From Dehalococcoidia bacterium (GTDB lineage Bacteria; Chloroflexota; Dehalococcoidia; DSTF01; JACRBR01): 44,203 nucleotides of DNA. Positions 38,331-44,203 of this stretch are shown here, one piece after another. The notes below the pieces were generated by a model. It was given only the letters and a program-made list of their open reading frames with translations. It was not told the origin of the DNA and searched no databases. The stretch spans positions 1 to 44,203 of the forward strand of contig DASUKS010000265.1 of NCBI GenBank assembly GCA_036278595.1, read 5' to 3'. A program made the translations under genes and the position numbers. Each line of letters opens with the position of its first letter. The stretch's first letter is position 1.

Positions 38331-39156
38331 GTGTACCGTGAGGATGAGCCCGACGGCCTGACTGACCGCGACCGCGAAGGCGCCGCCGAGCGGACGCGGC
38401 CGCCCGTGCGCGTCATCCACGAGGCGATCCGGCGTGAGGGCACGGAGGAGCTCAACCGGGCCTCGACTGGGCTCGCGTGGTCCGGCTTCGCGGCCGGTCT
38501 CTCGATGGGGTTCTCGCTCGTCGCCCAGGGCCTGCTGCGGTTCTACCTCCCAGACGCGGACTGGACGCCGTTGATCTGGCGGCTCGGCTATCCGGTTGGA
38601 TTCCTGATCGTGGTCCTCGGGCGCCAGGAACTGTTCACGGAGACGACGCTGACCGCCGTCGTTCCGCTCTTCAGCCGGCGTAACATTGACACGTTGCTGG
38701 ACACTCTCCGCGTGTGGGGCATCGTGCTCGTAGCGAACCTGGCGGGCGCTGCGCTGTTCGCGGTGGTGCTCGCGGACCTTCACGTGTTCGACACACCGAT
38801 GCTCGACCAGTTCGCGTACATCGGCACGCACGCGGCGGAGGGGTCATGGGGCGCGATCGTGATTCACGGCATCTTCGCGGGTGGCTGATCGCGCTCGTGG
38901 TATGGCTGCTGCCGCTCGCGGGCGCCGGCCGGCTATGGATGATCATCATCCTTACGTACTTCGTGGGGCTCGGGAGCTTCTCGCACATCATCGCGGGATC
39001 GGTCGAGGTGATGTTCGCCGCGATCTACGGCGCGTGTCATGGCAGCACTACCTCGGCGGCTACCTGGTGCCGACGCTGATCGGCAACACGATCGGAGGTG
39101 CGTCGCTGGTGGCGGCGTTGAACACGGCGCAGGTGGCGCAGAGCGACCACGAATGA
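38331..39156 (+). pseudogene. Formate/nitrite transporter (FNT, YfdC-like) gene interrupted by two 1-nt frameshifts
   Basis: FNT-like sequence continues across three reading frames. Part 1 is ...LAWSGFAAGLSMGFS...LGRQELFTE...IHGIFAG(G*), stop at 38886-38888. Part 2 is WLIALVVWLLP...FSHIIAGSVEVMFAAIYG. Part 3 is VSWQHYLGGYLVPTLIGNTIGGASLVAALN...*. The frame changes lie near 38879-38882 and 39031-39034. Confidence 0.7.
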
Positions 39157-39162
39157 GCGCGA

Positions 39163-40161
39163 TCAGCGCGCGGACAAGAGCGCGGCGATGTCGAGGTCGC
39201 GCGCCGCGGCGGAGACGTTGGCAAGCAGCGGGCGCCAGATGCGCTCCGGGACACCGGCCGCGCGCTGCCTGAGCGGCACCGTGAGCGCGTACGCAACGCC
39301 GAGCCGATAGCGCTCCTCGATCTCTACCCTGCCGCGTGACACGCCTTCCTGTATCAGCGCGTCGTGATAATCATCGAGCAGCGCGCGCTCCCAGCCGCGG
39401 CGCACGTCGCGCGGCAGGTTCATGGCGACGGCGTGCGCGAGGTCGATCTCGCCGGGGCCGAGGCAGGTGTTACCCCAGTCGAAGAGCACCGCGTGGTCCG
39501 CGGCGTAGACGGCGTTCCAAAAATGCGCGTCGCCATGAAGGATCGAGCGTTCGGACGCAAACGCCGCGAGCGAAACCGGCACGCTCGCGATGACGTGCAC
39601 GAGATCGGCTGTTTCATCATCGAGGCCGGTGTCAGCGCGCGCGGCGTCGAAACCCAAAGCAAGCATCTGCAGCCGGCCGGCGAGGGTGTCATACGGGCCG
39701 GCGCACATCGCGGCGGCCCAAATGTCGCCGTCCGTCTGGTGCGTGCATGCGTGCACGCGGGCGAGGGATCGCACGAAGGCCCGCGCCTCATCGAGCGACG
39801 GCACGCTGCTCGCGCACGGGCGGAAGCGCGGCTCGAGATCCTCGAGCACCAGCGTTGCCCCGGCGTCCGTCCGCGCCGCGAGATACGCGTGCGGGGCGAT
39901 GTCTGCGGGCAGCGTCCTCCCGAACTCGTGATAGAACCGCACTTCGCGGAGGGTGAGAAAGGCGCCGGCGCCCGCCTGCGATCGCTTGTAGATCACGGAC
40001 GATGGCATCCCGCTCGCCGACGCGAGATGCACGCGCGCCACGAGCGAGTGCGCGAGCGTCGAGAGGAGTTCGTACTCGAAGCCAGGCGACGGGAGAGTGG
40101 CCACATCGAGCGCAGCCGCGATCTCGTCATGGAGGGCAGGCGATTCGTCCATACCGTCCAT
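39163..40161 (-). CDS. Aminoglycoside/choline-kinase-type phosphotransferase (APH family)
   Basis: Brenner/catalytic motif ILHGDAHFWNAV followed by LFDWGNTCLGPGEIDLAH. It has the N-lobe and size (332 aa) typical of APH-fold kinases. Confidence 0.8.
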   Translation of the reverse strand: MDGMDESPALHDEIAAALDVATLPSPGFEYELLSTLAHSLVARVHLASASGMPSSVIYKRSQAGAGAFLTLREVRFYHEFGRTLPADIAPHAYLAARTDAGATLVLEDLEPRFRPCASSVPSLDEARAFVRSLARVHACTHQTDGDIWAAAMCAGPYDTLAGRLQMLALGFDAARADTGLDDETADLVHVIASVPVSLAAFASERSILHGDAHFWNAVYAADHAVLFDWGNTCLGPGEIDLAHAVAMNLPRDVRRGWERALLDDYHDALIQEGVSRGRVEIEERYRLGVAYALTVPLRQRAAGVPERIWRPLLANVSAAARDLDIAALLSAR

Positions 40162-40449
40162 CTAAGCAAGGCGCTCACGGCGGCAACAGCGGGCGCGGCC
40201 TGCGGATTACGCAGTGGACCGAGTGTGCCCACAGGCGACTACGGCGCCTTCCGGCCGCCAATTCTTGAACCTAACGAAGCTCGGCGTTAGGCTGAATTGC
40301 CTGTTGGAGATTGCATGATTACCTCTTCCCGGCGTCATCTCCCATCGATCCAACTCGATCCCGGCGCCGCAGGTCATCCAGTTCCCACCGCAGACACGCA
40401 GAGGGCTGGCGCTCTGGCGCGCCCGCTGAAGGGGAAGGTATAGCCGAGC

Positions 40450-42150
40450 ATGGCGGTCTACGAACACGATGTCTTGGTTATCGGCGGTGGACTCGCCGGC
40501 ATGCGGGCGGCGATCGCCGCGCAGCAACTCGGCGCCGATGTGGCGATGATCTCGAAGGTGCACCCGGTACGGTCGCACTCGAACGCGGCGCAGGGCGGCA
40601 TCAACGGCCCGGGGGTCGGCGAAGACGGGGGGCCGTGGGAGGAGCACGCCTACGAGACCACGAAGGCGTCCGACTACCTGGGGGACCAGGACGCGATCAC
40701 CGTCCTGGCGCAGGAGGGCGGACGCGAGGTGCTCCAGGCCGAGCACTGGGGCGTCGTCTTCAGCCGGAAGCCGGACGGACACATGGCCGTCCGTCGTTTC
40801 GGCGGCATGGGTAAGGCGCGCACGTTCTTCGTCGGGGCGATCACCGGGCAGGCGATTCTCCACGTGCTGTACGAGCAGCTGATGCACCCGGCGCGCTTCC
40901 AGGCGATGCGGATGTACGAGGAGTGGTTCGTCACGAGCCTGATCGTCGATGACGGGCATTGCCGCGGCGCGGTGGCGATGAACATCCGCACCGGCGAGCT
41001 GCACGCGATCACCGCGAAGGCGACGATCATCTGCACCGGCGGCCTCGGCCGGGTGTACGAGCCTTCGACCAACGCGTTGATCTGCACCGGCGACGGCATC
41101 GCGCAGGCGTACCGGGCGGGCGCGCCGATCATGGACATGGAGATGGTGCAGATCCACCCGACGACCCTGAAGGGCACGGGGGTCTTGATCACGGAGGGCG
41201 CGCGCGGCGAAGGCGCGTACCTGCTGAACAAGGACGGCGACCGCTTCATGGAGAAGTACGCGCCGAACCTGATGGAACTCGCGTCGCGTGACGTCGTGAC
41301 GCGCGCGGAGCAGACCGAGATCGATGAGGGGCGCGGCGTCGACGGATGCGTGTTCCTCGACCTGCGCCACCTCGGCGAGCAGCTGATCAAGGAGCGGCTC
41401 GAGGAAATCTACGAGATAGCGCGCGACCTGGTGAACGTCGACCTGACGAAGGAGTTGCTGCCGATCCTGCCGGGCGTGCACTACATCATGGGCGGGGTCA
41501 AGACCGACGTCGACGGGCTGACACCAATGCCGGGGCTGTACTCGGCGGGCGAGGCGGCGTGCGTAAGCGTGCACGGCGCGAACCGCGTCGGCGCCAATTC
41601 GCTGCTGGACACGCTGGTGTTCGGACGGCGCGCGGCGGAGCACGCGGTGCCGTGGCTGCGGGAACAGAAGTTCTCGCGCGTGCCGGAGAGCGTCGTCGAG
41701 AAGGACCGCCAGATGCTCCGCGGCATCCTCGACCGGCCGATGAACGGCGACCGCGTGGCAAAAATCCGGCGCGATATGGGTGTCTCGATGAGTGCGAACG
41801 TCGGCATCTTCCGGAGCCCGGATAAGCTGAACCAGCAGATGGAGAACCTGAAGGAGATCCGCGCCCGGTACGACAAGGTCGGCGTCGAGGACAAGGGGTC
41901 GTGCTTCAACACAGACCTGCTGTTCCACATCGAGCTGGGATACATGCTCGACTGCGCGGAGATGATCACGAAGAGCGCGATCGAGCGGAAGGAGAGCCGC
42001 GGCGCGCACACGCGTCTCGACTTCCCGGACCGGAACGACGCGGACTGGCTCAAGCACATCGTCCTGACGCGGCAGCCGGACGGCAGCGAGAAGATGAGCT
42101 ATCTGCCTGTGACGATCACGGAGTGGCAGCCACAGGAAAGGAAGTACTAG
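40450..42150 (+). CDS. sdhA: Succinate dehydrogenase / fumarate reductase flavoprotein subunit
   Basis: FAD fold DVLVIGGGLAGMRAAIAA. Covalent-FAD histidine context RSHSNAAQGGING. Also HPTTLKGTGVLITEGARGEGAYL, ASRDVVTRA, GLYSAGEAACVSVHGANRVGANSL and ESRGAHTRLDFP. Confidence 0.95.
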   Translation: MAVYEHDVLVIGGGLAGMRAAIAAQQLGADVAMISKVHPVRSHSNAAQGGINGPGVGEDGGPWEEHAYETTKASDYLGDQDAITVLAQEGGREVLQAEHWGVVFSRKPDGHMAVRRFGGMGKARTFFVGAITGQAILHVLYEQLMHPARFQAMRMYEEWFVTSLIVDDGHCRGAVAMNIRTGELHAITAKATIICTGGLGRVYEPSTNALICTGDGIAQAYRAGAPIMDMEMVQIHPTTLKGTGVLITEGARGEGAYLLNKDGDRFMEKYAPNLMELASRDVVTRAEQTEIDEGRGVDGCVFLDLRHLGEQLIKERLEEIYEIARDLVNVDLTKELLPILPGVHYIMGGVKTDVDGLTPMPGLYSAGEAACVSVHGANRVGANSLLDTLVFGRRAAEHAVPWLREQKFSRVPESVVEKDRQMLRGILDRPMNGDRVAKIRRDMGVSMSANVGIFRSPDKLNQQMENLKEIRARYDKVGVEDKGSCFNTDLLFHIELGYMLDCAEMITKSAIERKESRGAHTRLDFPDRNDADWLKHIVLTRQPDGSEKMSYLPVTITEWQPQERKY

Positions 42151-43152
42151 ATGAAGGTAAAGCTGAAGGTCCGCCGGACCGACCCGCAGACCGAGTCGAC
42201 CGGGTACAGCCAGTACAGCATCAATATGCCGGAGAGTTCGACGCTTCTCGATGCGCTGATCAACGTGCGGGAGTACGAAGACGGGACGCTCGCGCTACGC
42301 TGCTCGTGCAGGAGCGCGATCTGCGGTTCGTGTTCGATGCGCGTCGACAAGCGGGCGCGGCTCGCCTGCCGGGCGAAGATCATCGCGATCACCGACGGCG
42401 ACGAAGAGCACGAGATCCTCGTCGAGCCGATGACGAACATGCCGGTGATCAAGGACCTGGTGGTCGACCAGGAGTCGTTTTTCGCGAAGATGCGGCAGGT
42501 GGACCCGTACCTCCAACCGGTTGGGCCAGTGCCGGAGCGCGAGTACCGCGTCCCGAACGAGTCGATGCTCGACCTCACCCACACGATGGCCTGCATCATG
42601 TGCGGGGCCTGCGTGAGCGACTGCACCGTGCTCGAGGTGGACAAGAACTTCATCGCCCCGGCGGCGCTCGCGAAGGCGTACCGGTTCGTCGGCGACCCGC
42701 GCGATGGCCACACGCGCGAACGGCTGGAGAAGTTGAGCGAGTACAGCGGGATCTGGGACTGCACACGCTGCAACATGTGCGTCGAGGTGTGCCCGAAGGG
42801 CGTGGCCCCGATGAACCGCATCCTGCAGATGCGCGAGATGGCGATCCACGCGGGCATCCAGAACAACGCCGGTGCGCGGCACACGAATATCTTCACGAAG
42901 TCGATCGTCGATGGCGGGCGGCTGAACGAGGTGTGGATGGTGCCCGGTTCCGTCGGGATGTTTAACGTGCCGCGGCTGATGAGCGAGATGCCGGGCGCGC
43001 TGAAGATGCTTCGCGTCGGGAAGCTGCCCATTGCGCAGATGATCCCGCCGGGTGCGCCGGGGTCGCACAAGATCAAGGGGATGGACCGGGTGCGGAACCT
43101 CGTCCGCAAAGCGTCCACGTTGAAACCGAAGAAGGCCGAGGTTACGGACTGA
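42151..43152 (+). CDS. sdhB: Succinate dehydrogenase iron-sulfur subunit, type E-like with C-terminal extension
   Basis: 2Fe-2S CSCRSAICGSCSMRVDKRARLAC. 4Fe-4S CIMCGACVSDC. The third cluster motif is CTRCNMCVEVCP, a full CxxCxxCxxxCP, so a second 4Fe-4S is predicted instead of 3Fe-4S. About 90 extra C-terminal residues. The ATG follows the sdhA stop directly. Confidence 0.9.
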   Translation: MKVKLKVRRTDPQTESTGYSQYSINMPESSTLLDALINVREYEDGTLALRCSCRSAICGSCSMRVDKRARLACRAKIIAITDGDEEHEILVEPMTNMPVIKDLVVDQESFFAKMRQVDPYLQPVGPVPEREYRVPNESMLDLTHTMACIMCGACVSDCTVLEVDKNFIAPAALAKAYRFVGDPRDGHTRERLEKLSEYSGIWDCTRCNMCVEVCPKGVAPMNRILQMREMAIHAGIQNNAGARHTNIFTKSIVDGGRLNEVWMVPGSVGMFNVPRLMSEMPGALKMLRVGKLPIAQMIPPGAPGSHKIKGMDRVRNLVRKASTLKPKKAEVTD

Positions 43153-44048
43153 TGGCGACCAAATACGCATTCTGGCCGGGCTGCGTCTCGAAGGGGGCGG
43201 CGCCCGAGCTGTACCTCGCGACCAACCGCGTGGCGAAAGAGCTGGGGATCGAGCTCGTGGAGCTGGACCAGGCGACGTGCACCGGCGCCGGCGTGATCCA
43301 GGAGCAGGCGCCGGAGCTGGCGGATGCGCTGAACGCGCGGACGTTCGCGATGGCGCAGCAGCTCAATCTGCCGTTGATGAACATCTGCTCCACGTGCCAG
43401 GGCATCGAGAGCATGGTGCAGGACAAGCTGGCGAAGAATCCGGAGTACCTCGACAAGATCAACGCGATCCTCGCCGAGGAAGGTCTGCACTACACGCCAG
43501 GACTCGAGGTCAAGAACTTCCTCTGGGTGCTGGTCGAAGACTTCGGGCTCGACCGGCTGAAGTCGATGGTGAAGCATCCGCTGACCGGCGTGCGCATCGG
43601 GCCGTTCTACGGCTGCTACATCCTTCGCCCGAGCGACATCCTCGGGAAGGAAGAGCACCCGGGGCGGGACAAGTACCTGGAACAGGTGATCGAGGCCGTC
43701 GGCGCGACGCCGGTGGACTACGAAGGCGCGAAGAAGTGCTGCGGCTTCCCCATCCTGACGATCAACCGCGAGAACTCGCTGAAGCAGGCGGGGAACCACA
43801 TCCACGAGGCGCAGGACCTGGGAGCGGACGCGCTGGTATCGCCATGCCCGCTGTGCCACCTCAACCTCGACGCTCAGCAGCCGGCCGCGAAGTCCGTGAC
43901 GCACTACGACATCGAGCTGCCGATCATCCACCTGCCGCAGATGATCGGGCTGGCGCTGGGTGTCGACCCGAAGGAGATGCGGATGGACCATCACGTGGTA
44001 TCGACGCAGAAGCTTCTGTCGAAGCTCAGCCAGCCGGTCGGCGCCTGA
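43152..44048 (+). CDS. HdrB-like CCG-domain subunit (SdhE/SdhC of type E succinate:quinone oxidoreductases)
   Basis: Two CCG-type cysteine-rich domains. The first is degenerate (FWPGC...ATCTGAG...CSTC). The second is canonical (FYGC...KKCCGFP...CPLCHLN). The start overlaps the sdhB stop (TGATG). No TM helices. Confidence 0.85.
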   Translation: MATKYAFWPGCVSKGAAPELYLATNRVAKELGIELVELDQATCTGAGVIQEQAPELADALNARTFAMAQQLNLPLMNICSTCQGIESMVQDKLAKNPEYLDKINAILAEEGLHYTPGLEVKNFLWVLVEDFGLDRLKSMVKHPLTGVRIGPFYGCYILRPSDILGKEEHPGRDKYLEQVIEAVGATPVDYEGAKKCCGFPILTINRENSLKQAGNHIHEAQDLGADALVSPCPLCHLNLDAQQPAAKSVTHYDIELPIIHLPQMIGLALGVDPKEMRMDHHVVSTQKLLSKLSQPVGA

Positions 44049-44069
44049 CCGCCCACCAGGTGAACAACG

Positions 44070-44107
44070 AGCAGCGGCGCTCCGGACGGGGCGCCGTTGC
44101 TGTTTTC
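44070..44107 (+). terminator. Rho-independent terminator after the sdh operon
   Basis: AGCAGCGGCGC-(10 nt)-GCGCCGTTGCT, an 11-bp stem with one G-U pair, followed by GTTTTC. It begins 22 nt after the stop. Confidence 0.6.
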
Positions 44108-44203
44108 GCAGGATCCCGCCACATCACCCAAACGTAAGACGAATGTGATGATCTCGTGTCGATGCGGGGCGCGGCGGGTGATAGGATCAGGGAGCGCATA
44201 GGT

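Noticed and set aside
38860-39050. Programmed ribosomal frameshifting as an explanation for the split FNT gene
   Set aside because: Two separate shifts would be required. Neither site shows a slippery heptamer or a downstream structure that I can see. Simple single-base deletions or assembly errors are more parsimonious.
40207-43994. Two ~615-aa minus-strand ORFs (40207-42057 and 42147-43994)
   Set aside because: They are antisense to sdhA, sdhB and the CCG subunit, which have unmistakable motifs. The antisense translations are R/H/D/L-rich with no motifs. This is a typical high-GC artefact.

Overview
This is a high-GC bacterial chromosomal segment (roughly two-thirds G+C by eye). The protein families are typical of Actinomycetota/Chloroflexota-like lineages. 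High GC produces many long spurious antisense ORFs in the supplied track. I called genes from recognisable motifs, Shine-Dalgarno context and G/C-ending codons.

Core metabolism sits at both ends. At the left are a 5'-truncated gltB plus gltD (1-4825). At the right is a non-classical type E succinate:quinone oxidoreductase operon, sdhA, sdhB and an HdrB-like CCG subunit (40450-44048).

The middle is dominated by small, poorly characterised membrane and stress-type proteins:
- three PLDc_N-SHOCT paralogues
- two DUF1269-type proteins
- a DUF7144-like protein
- a translationally coupled DUF2550-like/DUF6325-like/SHOCT operon
- an lmo0937-family mini-protein that is absent from the ORF track

Interleaved with these are a glycogen-debranching-type glycosidase fused to an SCP2 domain, a KdpD-like orphan histidine kinase, a minimal K+ channel, a GH15 hydrolase, an MFS pump and a large GAF-PAS-LuxR regulator.

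Other features:
- a stand-alone tRNA-Trp
- an acyl-CoA carboxyltransferase
- a TrpD-like paralogue
- a UbiA-family phosphoribosyltransferase
- HtrA
- a eukaryote-like PLD
- a formate/nitrite-transporter gene broken by two frameshifts

I saw no CRISPR array, transposase, integrase or rRNA.

The best candidate for an undescribed system is the pair of co-directional membrane-stress clusters at 8.8-15.5 kb and 22.9-27.6 kb. The proposed function is inference only.
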